The notes under the pieces: model-generated
Databases searched by the model: none
What the model saw: only the letters and a program-made list of their open reading frames with translations
What the model was told of the DNA's origin: nothing
Part shown: one piece after another, positions 26,634 to 36,941 of the stretch
Position numbering within the stretch: position 1 is the stretch's first letter
How the letters are laid out: every line of letters begins with the position of its first letter
Translations under genes and position numbers: made by a program
Assembly (NCBI GenBank): GCA_000999715.1
Contig: LCGL01000003.1
Coordinates: 26,942 to 90,941, forward strand
Source: Candidatus Falkowbacteria bacterium GW2011_GWF2_43_32
Lineage (GTDB): Bacteria; Patescibacteriota; Patescibacteriia; Patescibacteriales; UBA12465
DNA: 64,000 nucleotides
Direction of reading: 5' to 3'

Positions 26634-27902
26634 TTATTTTTGCTCTTTGTCAATTGGTTTCAAAACTTTCATGCCGCGCGGCAAATAAGGACGGAGGATT
26701 TTGGGAATAACCACCGAACCGTCCGCTTGCTGATTTTGTTCCAAAATGGCCGGTAATAAACGACTGGTAGCCAGACCGGAGCCGTTGAGAGTGCACACCA
26801 AGCCATTCTGACCGGTTTCTTTGTTTTTATAACGAATATTGCCGCGTCGCGCCTGATATTCCAAAGCGTTGGAAACACTGCTCACTTCTTTATAAATACC
26901 CATGCTCGGAATATAAACTTCCAAATCATAAGTTTTGGCCATCGCGGCACTGCAGTCGCCGGCCGCCAATTTTGACACCTGAAAATGCAAATCCAGACTT
27001 TCCATCAATTTTTTGGTATTGGCCACCATTTCCGCAAACATTTCCCAGGATTTTTCCGGATGAGACAAAATGAACATTTCAATTTTGTTGAATTGATGTC
27101 CCCTGATCATTCCCCGCTCTTCTTGGCGATAACTGCCGGCCTCCCGTCGGAAACAAGGCGAATAAGCAAAATACTTCAAAGGCAATTGTTGTTCGTCCAA
27201 GATTTCTCCGCGATGATAATTGCCGAGCATCATTTCGCTGGTGGCGTTCAAACAAAGCTTATCCTGCGTCCAAAATAAATCATCGCGAAATTTCGGCAGA
27301 TGTCCGGAAATATAAGCCGATTGTTCCGTCAACATAAACGGCGGAATTAAAAATTGATAACCGTTTCTGTTGTGAAAATTGATAAAATGAGACAACAGCG
27401 CCCACTCCATCAAAGCGCCGATATTTTTATAACACCAAAAACCGTTGCCGGACATCTTAACGCCTCGTTCATAGTCCACCACTCCGAGAGCAGTCGCCAA
27501 TTCAACGTGATTTCGGGGAGTAAAATCAAATTTCGGTTTCTTGCCGTAAGTGTAGATAACTTCGTTATTTTCTTTATCGCCGGCGACAACGTCGGGAGCG
27601 GGAATATTCGGCAACTCGGACAGACGCGCCTGCAATTCTGCTTCTGTCTCCGCCAAAGCGCCATCCAACTTCGTTATTTCCGCGCCGACCGCTTTCATCG
27701 TCGTGATTACTTCCGCCGTCGGTTTGGTTTTGGAATACTTATTGCGCTCGGCTTTCAATTCTTCCGTCGCTTTGGTAAGACGACGACGTTCATCGTCCAA
27801 AGCGATAATTTTCTCCAAATCCAATTTTTCCGGCGCCAGTCTTTTTAACAAGCCCTCTTTGACTTCTGCCAAATTGTCTCGGATGAACTTAATGTCCAAC
27901 AT
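26634..27902 (-). CDS. serS: Serine--tRNA ligase
   Basis: MLDIKFIR, FRREAG, RGHQFNKIE, TLNGSGLA. Confidence 0.96.
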   Translation of the reverse strand: MLDIKFIRDNLAEVKEGLLKRLAPEKLDLEKIIALDDERRRLTKATEELKAERNKYSKTKPTAEVITTMKAVGAEITKLDGALAETEAELQARLSELPNIPAPDVVAGDKENNEVIYTYGKKPKFDFTPRNHVELATALGVVDYERGVKMSGNGFWCYKNIGALMEWALLSHFINFHNRNGYQFLIPPFMLTEQSAYISGHLPKFRDDLFWTQDKLCLNATSEMMLGNYHRGEILDEQQLPLKYFAYSPCFRREAGSYRQEERGMIRGHQFNKIEMFILSHPEKSWEMFAEMVANTKKLMESLDLHFQVSKLAAGDCSAAMAKTYDLEVYIPSMGIYKEVSSVSNALEYQARRGNIRYKNKETGQNGLVCTLNGSGLATSRLLPAILEQNQQADGSVVIPKILRPYLPRGMKVLKPIDKEQK

Positions 27903-27919
27903 ATTATTATGCTTAACGA

Positions 27920-29596
27920 TTAATTAACTAATTCGCCGCCGAAAGCTTTCAACAGATTATTGACCAAACCGGGAGTCGCCTGACTGTCATTCTTGACGAC
28001 CGCAGCCTCCGTCTCCTCTTTTTCCGTTATCGCAATCTTTTCCTCTTTTTTAATTTCTAAATTCTCATCAATCTCCGAATGAAACATCAAACCGTCGCCA
28101 TAGACTTCCGCCAAAGTATTTTCCACAATACTTTTGATGCCGGCATCGTTAATCCGATCCTGATGAAATTTATATTTGAAGACCAAACAGATTTGCCCGC
28201 CGTTAACGGAACGCGGTTCGCAGTTTTGCATGATAAAAGACAAAGAATGATTGTGTTTTTTGATTTTGACCAGAAATTCCGGCCACTTGGAAGCCAATTC
28301 TTCCGCCGACAAATTAACGACCGTGGCATTTTTTTTGACCGCGCCGACCTTGACGACGTCCGGCCGGGCATTTTGTGCGGCCAAAGGAGCGGGCGCGGGC
28401 CGATCTTTAATTAAAGGACTATTGGGCGCCACTTCTTTCAATCGATTGACGACGGACGAACCAGCAGTCGGTGCAGACGGACCGGACAAACCGGTCGCCG
28501 GCAAACCGAAACATAATTCCACAACTGCCAATTCCAACGGCAATTGCGGAATCAAAGGATTTTTATTGTCCGAGGACGCTTCCAAAAATCGACGAGTAAA
28601 AAGAGTCAGCTGTTCCCATTTCAAAGTGTCGGCCGCTTGACTCAAGCGTTTTTCCAGACTTTCTCCGAAATCCAAACCCAAATTATCGGCCAATTCCGGG
28701 CTGAGCTTATTTAACATCACCTTGCGCAATATACTGATAATTTCTCCGGTAAAAACTTTAACGTTGACGCCGCTATCGGTCAAATTGTTTATCAAAGCAA
28801 TCGCCTTAGCCGCGTCTTTCCGACTCAAATGATCCAACAGATCCACCGCTTCGTTGCTGTTATAATGCGGAATGACCAATTCGGCTTGTTCGGTGGTAAT
28901 TTTTTTGTCGCCGAGAGAAAAAATTTGCCCCAACAAACTTTCGGCGTCGCGCAAATGCCCGCCGGAACGACGAGCGACCGCTTCCAAAACTTCCTGATCA
29001 ATTTCCATTTTTTCCTGAACGGAAATGTAAGATAATTTTTTGACGATTTCATTTATGCTGATGCGCTTGAAGTCAAAACGTTCACAACGGGAAATAATGG
29101 TCCCCGGCACCTTCTGCACTTCCGTGGTACATAAAACAAATATTACATAAGACGGCGGTTCTTCTATGATCTTCAGCAAGGCGTTAAACGCCGACAAAGA
29201 TAACATGTGCACTTCATCAATGATAAAAACTTTAAATTTCGCTCCGGACGGCGTCAAGCGGGAAAAAGCGATGATATTTTCCCGCACGTTGTCTACGCCG
29301 GTATTGGACGCGGCGTCAATTTCCACGATATCCATATGTCGTCCCGCGGTAATGCTCCGACAACTGGCGCATTTATTGCACGGCTCATACTCGCCGTCTT
29401 TCTTGTTTTCGCAATTGACAGCTTTGGCGAGCACCCGAGCCAAAGTGGTTTTACCGACCGCCCGCGGACCGCAAAACAAATAAGCGTTGGCCAGGCGGCC
29501 GGCGCTGATTTCATTTTGTACGGTTATTTTAATGTGATTCTGTCCGAGGACTTCGGAAAAATTCTGAGGACGATAATCACGATATAAAGTGGACAT
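27920..29596 (-). CDS. dnaX: DNA polymerase III subunit gamma/tau
   Basis: LYRDYRPQ, GPRAVGKT, Zn-binding Cys, EIDAASN, IDEVHML, SRC. Confidence 0.96.
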   Translation of the reverse strand: MSTLYRDYRPQNFSEVLGQNHIKITVQNEISAGRLANAYLFCGPRAVGKTTLARVLAKAVNCENKKDGEYEPCNKCASCRSITAGRHMDIVEIDAASNTGVDNVRENIIAFSRLTPSGAKFKVFIIDEVHMLSLSAFNALLKIIEEPPSYVIFVLCTTEVQKVPGTIISRCERFDFKRISINEIVKKLSYISVQEKMEIDQEVLEAVARRSGGHLRDAESLLGQIFSLGDKKITTEQAELVIPHYNSNEAVDLLDHLSRKDAAKAIALINNLTDSGVNVKVFTGEIISILRKVMLNKLSPELADNLGLDFGESLEKRLSQAADTLKWEQLTLFTRRFLEASSDNKNPLIPQLPLELAVVELCFGLPATGLSGPSAPTAGSSVVNRLKEVAPNSPLIKDRPAPAPLAAQNARPDVVKVGAVKKNATVVNLSAEELASKWPEFLVKIKKHNHSLSFIMQNCEPRSVNGGQICLVFKYKFHQDRINDAGIKSIVENTLAEVYGDGLMFHSEIDENLEIKKEEKIAITEKEETEAAVVKNDSQATPGLVNNLLKAFGGELVN

Positions 29597-29635
29597 AAGA
29601 AAATAAAAAATTGAATTTATAAAATGGAGCGAAAC

Positions 29636-32125
29636 CTACTTCGTTCCCAAGCCCGACCGACGGCTGATTTCCGCTTCCACCAAGCGAACATCCTGGCCAT
29701 ATTTCAAACGACTTAAAGAGCGAACTTTTTCTGCCAAACCCGGACGCTTGACGCCTAACAATGGCCAGGCGGTCTTTAAAGAGAAAGGCCGAGTAGCGCT
29801 ATTGTCAACCAATAATTTTATATAAGCCGTGCCCTTATCGATGTTAATCAAATCGTATTCGTTGAAAACCGGCGCGAACTCTTTAACCAAAAATTCGGCG
29901 TCTTCCGAGCCGATTTTAAAAGTCACCATTGTGCCAACGTTGCCGAAAACCGCATCTTTAATCTCCGTATTTTGTCCTTTGCTCAACTGACCGATATATT
30001 GATGGGCGATTACCAAATTCAACGCATATTTTCTCGCTTCCGATAATATCTGACAAATGGAATTGGTGGTAAAATTTTGAAACTCGTCGATATACAAATA
30101 AAAATCTTTACGCTGTTCGCTCGGCATATCCGTCCGACTCAAGGCGGCCATCAAAATTTTGCCGACCAAAATCATACCCAACAAATAAGCGTTCATTTCG
30201 CCGACCAGGCCTTTGGGCAAATCGATCAACAATATTTTCTGACGATCCATCACTTCGCGCAAATTAAAAGCGCTTTTCTGTTGACCGATGATCGACCGCA
30301 TCATATCGTTGGAAATAAAGGACGTCAACTTGGAAGTGATGTAAGGCACAATATTCGCCAAGGCCGCTTCGCCGCCGGCTTTTTCCGCTTCCTTTCTCCA
30401 AAAATCCACGACGGTTTGATTTTTACAACGACTTAATTTCAAGCGACGAAAATTTTCATCCGCCAAAACTTTGGGAATTTCCATTAAGGTGGAGCCTGAT
30501 TCCGGATCATCCATAATCAAAAGCATCGCGTTTCTCATATACTGCTCAAACATCGGTCCGCCGGTGGCTTTCAAGTCATATAATTTATCAAAGATGCCGA
30601 TCATTTCATTGATGACAAAACTTTTCTGTTCCGGATAGCGCGGATCATAATCCAATAAATTAAGCGACAAGGGGCGCTCCAGGTCTCCGGGAGAAAAAAT
30701 GATCACGTCTTCGGCGCGTTCCGGCGGCAAACGATCTAAAATATCGGCGATCAAATCGCCATGCGGATCAAGCACGCAAACACCTTCCCCGTTTTGAATA
30801 TCCTGAATGGCCATATTGGCCAACAAAACCGATTTACCCGTACCGGATTTACCGATGATATAAGTGTGCCGGCGTCGATCCGGTCGCTTCATGCGAATAT
30901 CTTGCTTGACGCCGCGATAAACATTTTCGCCGAGCGTAATGCCTTCATTCGGAATATTGTTGGGCGCCGGAGCAATCTTGGCCGTTAACCAAACGATATT
31001 CGGAGTCTCCGTGGTTTTTAAAGGAAAATGAAAAACACTGGCCAGCTCTTCGCTGTTTAACAAAAATCCGTATCGACCGCGAAAATAACGATAAATGAAA
31101 TCTTTAACCGTTCTGTCCGAATGTTTCTTGTCCGGACGGGAAAAAACATTGCCGTAACTGAAATTACTGTACTCGCTGAAAGCGCTGCCCAAATTTTCCA
31201 GATAAACATTGGCCTGTTCCCTGTTTTTGGCGCAAGCGATAATCCGTAAATTGACATCCAGTCCCGCCTTCAAATTTTTCTCTTCAATCGCCTTGACCAT
31301 TTCCTCCTCCACCGCCGACAATTTTTTCGGTGCCGAAGCGACTTCTTGATTGGCGGCAGTTTGCTCTTTTTTGGGACTGACCCAGAAATCACCGGCAAAA
31401 CTCAGCAAACTCCCCAAAGAACTGGCGGCTCTCAAACCGTCTTTAACGGAATTCTTCTGATGGATTTTGGCCACCGTTCGGCGCACTTTGGCGTGCCAAG
31501 CGGCTCGAGCGCTCCGCACGGTATACTGAATGGCCACACTTTCATCCTTGCCTAATTTTGACAAAATATTCACCAAAGAATTCATCGGATCAACCTCCAT
31601 TTTCTGATAAGTTTTGATGGGAAACAAAAAATCTTTACTGGTGCGCAAATAAGCGGCCGCAATCTGCCCCTGCAAACTGAAAGAATTGTAATCTTCCACT
31701 TCTTCGATCACCGCCTCCGGATAATGCGCATGAATCTGTTGTTCCAAATAACGAGCCTCGTCTTTGGGCGCCACGACATAAAAAGAGATGCGATTATGAC
31801 TGGCCACCACTTCAAAAGAAAATTGATCGTTGCGGCCATATAGCCAAGACTCGAAACCGCGTTGTGCCTTTAAACCGCCGACAGCGGCAAAAATTGTTTC
31901 TCCCTTGGCAATTTCTTCTTTAAGTTGTTGGCTGGAGCTCTCTTTCTTGTCGTCGGCCGGCTTTTCTTTGGGCAAGCGCACCAAAAAAACTTGATGACGA
32001 TAATAACGACGGCCGGAAAAAACCCAACGAATAATTTGTAAAATCAACACCACTAAAAACGCCAGGCCGATTGCGCCTAAAAAATACTGTAAAAATTCTT
32101 CAAAATTAAACGAAAAAAAATCCAT
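29636..32125 (-). CDS. VirD4/TraD/HerA-like ATPase with N-terminal TM segment
   Basis: RRHTYIIGKSGTGKS, DPHGD, YIDEFQN, EARKY, AHQY. Confidence 0.85.
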   Translation of the reverse strand: MDFFSFNFEEFLQYFLGAIGLAFLVVLILQIIRWVFSGRRYYRHQVFLVRLPKEKPADDKKESSSQQLKEEIAKGETIFAAVGGLKAQRGFESWLYGRNDQFSFEVVASHNRISFYVVAPKDEARYLEQQIHAHYPEAVIEEVEDYNSFSLQGQIAAAYLRTSKDFLFPIKTYQKMEVDPMNSLVNILSKLGKDESVAIQYTVRSARAAWHAKVRRTVAKIHQKNSVKDGLRAASSLGSLLSFAGDFWVSPKKEQTAANQEVASAPKKLSAVEEEMVKAIEEKNLKAGLDVNLRIIACAKNREQANVYLENLGSAFSEYSNFSYGNVFSRPDKKHSDRTVKDFIYRYFRGRYGFLLNSEELASVFHFPLKTTETPNIVWLTAKIAPAPNNIPNEGITLGENVYRGVKQDIRMKRPDRRRHTYIIGKSGTGKSVLLANMAIQDIQNGEGVCVLDPHGDLIADILDRLPPERAEDVIIFSPGDLERPLSLNLLDYDPRYPEQKSFVINEMIGIFDKLYDLKATGGPMFEQYMRNAMLLIMDDPESGSTLMEIPKVLADENFRRLKLSRCKNQTVVDFWRKEAEKAGGEAALANIVPYITSKLTSFISNDMMRSIIGQQKSAFNLREVMDRQKILLIDLPKGLVGEMNAYLLGMILVGKILMAALSRTDMPSEQRKDFYLYIDEFQNFTTNSICQILSEARKYALNLVIAHQYIGQLSKGQNTEIKDAVFGNVGTMVTFKIGSEDAEFLVKEFAPVFNEYDLINIDKGTAYIKLLVDNSATRPFSLKTAWPLLGVKRPGLAEKVRSLSRLKYGQDVRLVEAEISRRSGLGTK

Positions 32126-32142
32126 GATATTAATTTTAACGC

Positions 32143-32628
32143 TTAAAATTTATCTTTTATCTTAATAATTTTATCGGTTTTAATTTTGGCCTCTTGTTCC
32201 AAGAAAAATTTATTGATACCCGGAATAATGCTCAACCAGCGCTTGATCAGTTCGATAATTTTGTTGACTTTTATTTTGGTCTGACTCAAAAGCAAATTTA
32301 TTTTTGCGGCGGTCTCTTCGCCCTGCTTTTTAAATTTCTGTTGTTCCGCCGGCTTCATTTTTAAAAAAACTTCGCTCAAACCTTCGGCCAAAATATTATC
32401 AATCGCCAATTCTCGCCGTTTTTGAAAACTCGGCATAACCGAAGCGCTCACAATCCCGCCGTCTCCGTTCGGATGGCTCTTTTCGCTAAAGGTAACTTTA
32501 TCCGGCGTCTGACGCCAAGACGGTAAAGCGCGTTCTGCTAAAGTTTCGGCGGTCGTCGACTTGTTTTCGACCGAAACCGGGGCGATTTTCTCAATCTGCG
32601 GTTGTTCAATTGTCTTTTCCTGAGCCAT
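32143..32628 (-). CDS. Hypothetical protein
   Basis: 161-aa ORF in operon; conserved-looking IPGINKFFLEQEAKIK C-terminus. Confidence 0.7.
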   Translation of the reverse strand: MAQEKTIEQPQIEKIAPVSVENKSTTAETLAERALPSWRQTPDKVTFSEKSHPNGDGGIVSASVMPSFQKRRELAIDNILAEGLSEVFLKMKPAEQQKFKKQGEETAAKINLLLSQTKIKVNKIIELIKRWLSIIPGINKFFLEQEAKIKTDKIIKIKDKF

Positions 32629-32636
32629 AATATGAA

Positions 32637-32810
32637 TTATTTAACGCTAATCGCTCCCACCGGACAACTGCCGGCCGCATCTTTAACGCAAGGTAAGGAC
32701 TTGTTTTTAATCACTTCGGCTTTGCCGTCGGCGCCAATTTTAAAAACTTCCGGACATAATCCGGCGCACATTCCGCAACCGATACACTTATTTTTATTCA
32801 CTTTTATCAT
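32637..32810 (-). CDS. Monocluster ferredoxin, 57 aa (not in ORF track)
   Basis: MIKVNKNKCIGCGMCAGLCPEVF...CVKDAAGSCPVGAISVK*: CxxCxxC...CP. Confidence 0.92.
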   Translation of the reverse strand: MIKVNKNKCIGCGMCAGLCPEVFKIGADGKAEVIKNKSLPCVKDAAGSCPVGAISVK

Positions 32811-32903
32811 AAAATATACCTTAATTTTTTAAAGTTTTTTCTGCCTTCATTATATCACATTTTTAAAAAAATAAAACCATTATTTTTCGCTTATTTTCCC
32901 ATA

Positions 32904-32932
32904 TTGACAACTCCCGGTCCTTTTGTTATATT
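32904..32932 (+). promoter_or_regulatory. sigma70 promoter of rpmA
   Basis: TTGACA-17-TATATT with extended -10 TG. Confidence 0.65.
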
Positions 32933-33002
32933 AGAACAATAAAACTTTAAATAACCTCCAAAATACTGGCCTTTCGGTTAGCATTTTAGGTTGAATAAAA
33001 AT

Positions 33003-33305
33003 ATGGCACATAAGAAAGCCGCCGGGTCAACCTCCCTGGGCCGCGAATCAGAGAGCAAACGATTGGGCGTTAAATTGGCCGACGGTCAGTGGGCTAAAGC
33101 CGGCGCAATTATTATCAGACAACGCGGCACCAAATATCATCCTGGTTTGAACGTCAAAAAAGGTAAAGACGATACTTTATTCGCTTTACGCGGCGGTTTT
33201 GTAAAATTCACCAGTAAAAAATTAAGAAAATATGACGGTTCGCTGAAGGATTCTAAAATCGTCAATATTATTTTAAAGCCGATCGCGACTAAAACCGCAA
33301 AATAA
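33003..33305 (+). CDS. rpmA: 50S ribosomal protein L27
   Basis: [10 protein letters not shown]...KRLGVK...RQRGTK...DDTLFAL. Confidence 0.97.
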   Translation: MAHKKAAGSTSLGRESESKRLGVKLADGQWAKAGAIIIRQRGTKYHPGLNVKKGKDDTLFALRGGFVKFTSKKLRKYDGSLKDSKIVNIILKPIATKTAK

Positions 33306-33317
33306 ATCAACCTGATC

Positions 33318-33349
33318 AAAACAGCCTTCCCTGCGGAAGGCTGTTTTTT
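33318..33349. terminator. Bidirectional terminator rpmA/pyrG
   Basis: AAAACAGCCTTCC-CTGC-GGAAGGCTGTTTTTT. Confidence 0.85.
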
Positions 33350-33372
33350 GATGTGTTAAAAAAAATCTGACT

Positions 33373-35031
33373 TTATTTTTTCTTACCCTTATTCTTGCAA
33401 GCGTTAACGAATTCCACGAACAAAGGGTGCGGTGCCAGCGGTCGAGAAATATATTCGGGATGAAATTGAACGCCGATAAAAAAAGGATGATCAGCCAACT
33501 CCACCGCCTCCACTATCTTGCCGTCCGGCGAAGTGCCGGCGATTTTCAAACCCAATTGTTCAAACATGCTCCGATAATCATTATTGAATTCGTAACGATG
33601 GCGATGACGTTCGGAAACGGTTTTACTGTCGGTAAATTTGGCATACGCCTGCGCCAAATGAGTTCCGGCCGCCAGTTTGCAAGGCCAGCCGCCTAAACGA
33701 ATCGTACCGCCATAACCTTTTTCCCTGATTAATTTCTCTTGACCGGGCATAATATGGATAACCGGATTTTTGGTCTTCGGATCGACTTCGGCCGAATTGG
33801 CATCTTTGAGTTTCGCGACATGACGAGCGAATTCAATCACCGCCATTTGCATGCCGTAACATAAGCCGAAATAAGGCACGCCTTTTTCACGACAATACCG
33901 AATGGTTTTAATCTTTCCTTCCGCTCCGCGCCCGCCCCAACCTTGCGGGACGATAATGCCGTCCAAGCCTTTGAGGATATTAATATTTTTATCCGCTTCT
34001 TCGGCGCTCAACCAATGAATATTAACCCGGCATTTCACGGCGGCGGCGGCATGTTTAATCGCTTCAATCACGGAAATATAAGAATCACCCAAAGAAAAAT
34101 CGCCGCTGGCAAAATATTTTCCTACAATGCCGATATTAACCGCCGGTTTTTTTATTTTGGAGGCCGCCACCATCTTTTCCCAAGCTATGTCGCCGTTTTT
34201 TCCGTTACGGGACGACAAGCCGAATTTTTCCAAAATCCTTCGGCCTAAATTATCTTTTTCAAAATTCAACGGAATATCGTAAATGGAATCGGCGTCCGGA
34301 GCGGAAATAACGCAGTCCAAAGGTACATTGCAATTGATGGATAACTTCTCTTTACGCGCCAGGTCAATCGGTTTTTCCGCACGGGCAACCAAAAAATCCG
34401 GTTGAATACCGGCGCTTTGCAGGCTTCTGACCGCGTGTTGCGTCGGCTTGGTTTTCATTTCGCCTATTTTGCTGGGAATCGGTAAATAAGAGACAATGAC
34501 AAACAACACGTCTTTCGGACGATAAAGTTTCATAACCCGGGCCGCTTCCAAAAACAAAAGGTTCTCATATTCGCCGACTGTGCCGCCGATTTCGATAATC
34601 ATGATTTCCGCTTTGGTCTTGGCAACCGCCTTCTCAATGCGTTCCCTAATTTCTTGCGGAATATGCGGCACGACTTGCACGCATTTTCCTTTATAACCCA
34701 AATTGCGTTCGCGTTCAATCACGGTTTGGTAAACCCGACCGGTCGTCATGTAATTCTCGCGATAAATATTTTTATTCAAAAATCTCTCGTAATTGCCGAT
34801 ATCCTGATCGGTCTCGTCGCCGTCTTCCGTAACGAAAACCTCGCCATGTTCTACCGGATTCATGGTGCCGGCATCCACGTTGATATAAGGATCCATTTTG
34901 ATGGCGCTGACATTATAACCGCGCGCCTGCAAAATGCGTCCGATGGAGGCGGTGGTCACTCCTTTTCCCACTCCGGACATCACGCCGCCCACAACAAAAA
35001 TATACTTGGTTGATTCTTTGGCTGAAGACAT
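33373..35031 (-). CDS. pyrG: CTP synthase
   Basis: GGVMSGVGKG, KTKPTQH, GLCYGMQ, ERHRHRYE, QFHPE. Confidence 0.97.
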   Translation of the reverse strand: MSSAKESTKYIFVVGGVMSGVGKGVTTASIGRILQARGYNVSAIKMDPYINVDAGTMNPVEHGEVFVTEDGDETDQDIGNYERFLNKNIYRENYMTTGRVYQTVIERERNLGYKGKCVQVVPHIPQEIRERIEKAVAKTKAEIMIIEIGGTVGEYENLLFLEAARVMKLYRPKDVLFVIVSYLPIPSKIGEMKTKPTQHAVRSLQSAGIQPDFLVARAEKPIDLARKEKLSINCNVPLDCVISAPDADSIYDIPLNFEKDNLGRRILEKFGLSSRNGKNGDIAWEKMVAASKIKKPAVNIGIVGKYFASGDFSLGDSYISVIEAIKHAAAAVKCRVNIHWLSAEEADKNINILKGLDGIIVPQGWGGRGAEGKIKTIRYCREKGVPYFGLCYGMQMAVIEFARHVAKLKDANSAEVDPKTKNPVIHIMPGQEKLIREKGYGGTIRLGGWPCKLAAGTHLAQAYAKFTDSKTVSERHRHRYEFNNDYRSMFEQLGLKIAGTSPDGKIVEAVELADHPFFIGVQFHPEYISRPLAPHPLFVEFVNACKNKGKKK

Positions 35032-35062
35032 AAGCATTGGCTTTAAATATTGTAAACTCGAT

Positions 35063-36304
35063 TTATTTTTTCTTTTTCAACAGTTCTACCGCTTTATCAA
35101 ATTGCGGATCCCGTTCCTGATCAAAATCTTCCGCGGTCATCTCTACCGTAACGTTCGGTTCTATCCCCTTGTCGTTAATGAAATCTCCGGCCGGCGTCAA
35201 CCATCTGGCGATGGTGATTTTTAAAACCGAACCGTCGCTCAAATCGCGCAAAGTTTGTACCGAACCCTTGCCGAAAGTGGTTTCTCCGACCAAAATCGCT
35301 TTCTTATAATCCCGTAAAGCGCCGGCTAATATTTCCGAAGCGGACGCGCTGCCGCCGTCCACCAAGACAACGGTCGGAAAATCTTTCAAACGCGCCCGAC
35401 CGTTGGCCGGATATTCATTGCGTCGATTATTGTTCAACTGTTCGGCGACGATCGGACCGACTTCAATCCATTCGCTCGCCAACTTAACGGCCGTTTCCAA
35501 ATAACCGCCGGGATTACTGCGCAAATCCAAGATAATTCCTTGAGGATTTTTCAATAAAATAGTATTAACCGCGACTTCAAACAAATCTTCCGTATCGTTA
35601 TTGAAGTTGCTGACCCGAATCACGAAAATGCCGTCTGAACGCATTTCGGTTTTTACGCTTCTAACGATAATTACCGAGCGCTTGATTTTGATATCCGTCG
35701 GCTTGTCCTGACCTCTGATGATAGTCAAAGTAACTTCGGTATCTTTGGGACCGCGAATCATTCTGACCACTTCGTTGATAGTCAAACCCAAAGTAGACGC
35801 GCCATCCACGGCATAGATTTTGTCTCCGGCGCGCAAACCGGCTTTCTGGGCCGGCGTATCGTCCAAAGGAGCGATAATGGTCGTAATATCATTGCGCAAA
35901 CCGACTTCCGCGCCGATACCTTCAAAAGTGCCGGCCAAATCGTCCGCGAACTCTTGGGATTCTTCGGGATCCATAAAAACCGTGTAAGGATCGTCCGTCG
36001 CCGCGGCCAAACCGCGCAAAGAACCGTAAAACAACTCTTGATTGCTCAACTGATTCTTGTCGATAAAATTATTTTTAACGCTATCCCAAACTTCCCAATA
36101 TAAATTAAAATCCAAAATATAATCGGCGTTGCCGTTTTGATTCAGCTCGCCCGCTTCTTCGGAATAAGCGATCGGCCGATTGAACAAAAAGCTTTTCCCT
36201 TTCGCTTTTCCCAAATAAAATCCGCCGGCGAAAATTCCCGCCACCGCCAGAATCAGCAAACTGACGCGAATAATGATTTTTAAAATATTTTTGTTGACAG
36301 TCAT
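35063..36304 (-). CDS. ctpA: S41 carboxyl-terminal processing protease
   Basis: DPYT, PDZ domain, DLRSNPGG, SASASEI, TFGKGSVQ. Confidence 0.92.
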   Translation of the reverse strand: MTVNKNILKIIIRVSLLILAVAGIFAGGFYLGKAKGKSFLFNRPIAYSEEAGELNQNGNADYILDFNLYWEVWDSVKNNFIDKNQLSNQELFYGSLRGLAAATDDPYTVFMDPEESQEFADDLAGTFEGIGAEVGLRNDITTIIAPLDDTPAQKAGLRAGDKIYAVDGASTLGLTINEVVRMIRGPKDTEVTLTIIRGQDKPTDIKIKRSVIIVRSVKTEMRSDGIFVIRVSNFNNDTEDLFEVAVNTILLKNPQGIILDLRSNPGGYLETAVKLASEWIEVGPIVAEQLNNNRRNEYPANGRARLKDFPTVVLVDGGSASASEILAGALRDYKKAILVGETTFGKGSVQTLRDLSDGSVLKITIARWLTPAGDFINDKGIEPNVTVEMTAEDFDQERDPQFDKAVELLKKKK

Positions 36305-36316
36305 ATTATTATAAAA

Positions 36317-36925
36317 CTATTTTCTTAAAATAATCGGATGCGTTTCGTCCCGCAAGTCTATCAAGCGCGACGGTTTCTGACGACGACATTTGCCGGCATC
36401 GATGACCAAATCCGGACGACGTCCTTTTTGAGGAAAATAATTCAGCAAATGCCGTAAATCATGGATACTCTCTCGACCGCTGAGATTCAAACTGGTGGAC
36501 ACCAGCGGACAGTCGGCCTTCTTTATTATTTTAAGCAAAAATTCGCTTTTAGGCAAACGGACCGCCAAACCGTCGGACAAACCGCTTAATTCTTTCGGCA
36601 AACGACCGCGATGCTTGAGAATGACGGTCGTCGGTCGGGCGGACGGCGCCCACGCTTTTTTCAGAAACTCCGCTTGCACCCGAGAAACAAAAACATATTT
36701 TTTCAACTGCGCCAAACCCTTAACCAAAACAATCAAGGGTTTTTGCGGGGCGCGTTTTTTCAGTCGCTGAACCTTTTTAATCGCGCGCGAATGATTGGCC
36801 AAACAACTCAAACCATAAATGGTGTCTGTCGGCAAAACGATTGTCTGACCGACTTTCAAAGAACCGACAATTAAATTGACCAGCGCCGGTTTGATGGTTT
36901 TGAGATTAAGGCGTAGATGAGTCAT
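36317..36925 (-). CDS. tsaC: L-threonylcarbamoyladenylate synthase (Sua5/YrdC)
   Basis: PTDTIYGL, KKR...KPL, STSLNLSG. Confidence 0.9.
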   Translation of the reverse strand: MTHLRLNLKTIKPALVNLIVGSLKVGQTIVLPTDTIYGLSCLANHSRAIKKVQRLKKRAPQKPLIVLVKGLAQLKKYVFVSRVQAEFLKKAWAPSARPTTVILKHRGRLPKELSGLSDGLAVRLPKSEFLLKIIKKADCPLVSTSLNLSGRESIHDLRHLLNYFPQKGRRPDLVIDAGKCRRQKPSRLIDLRDETHPIILRK

Positions 36926-36941
36926 GCAATCTGATTTAAAT

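Noticed and set aside
29636..32125. Conjugative element
   Set aside because: No relaxase, VirB genes or boundaries; embedded among core genes.
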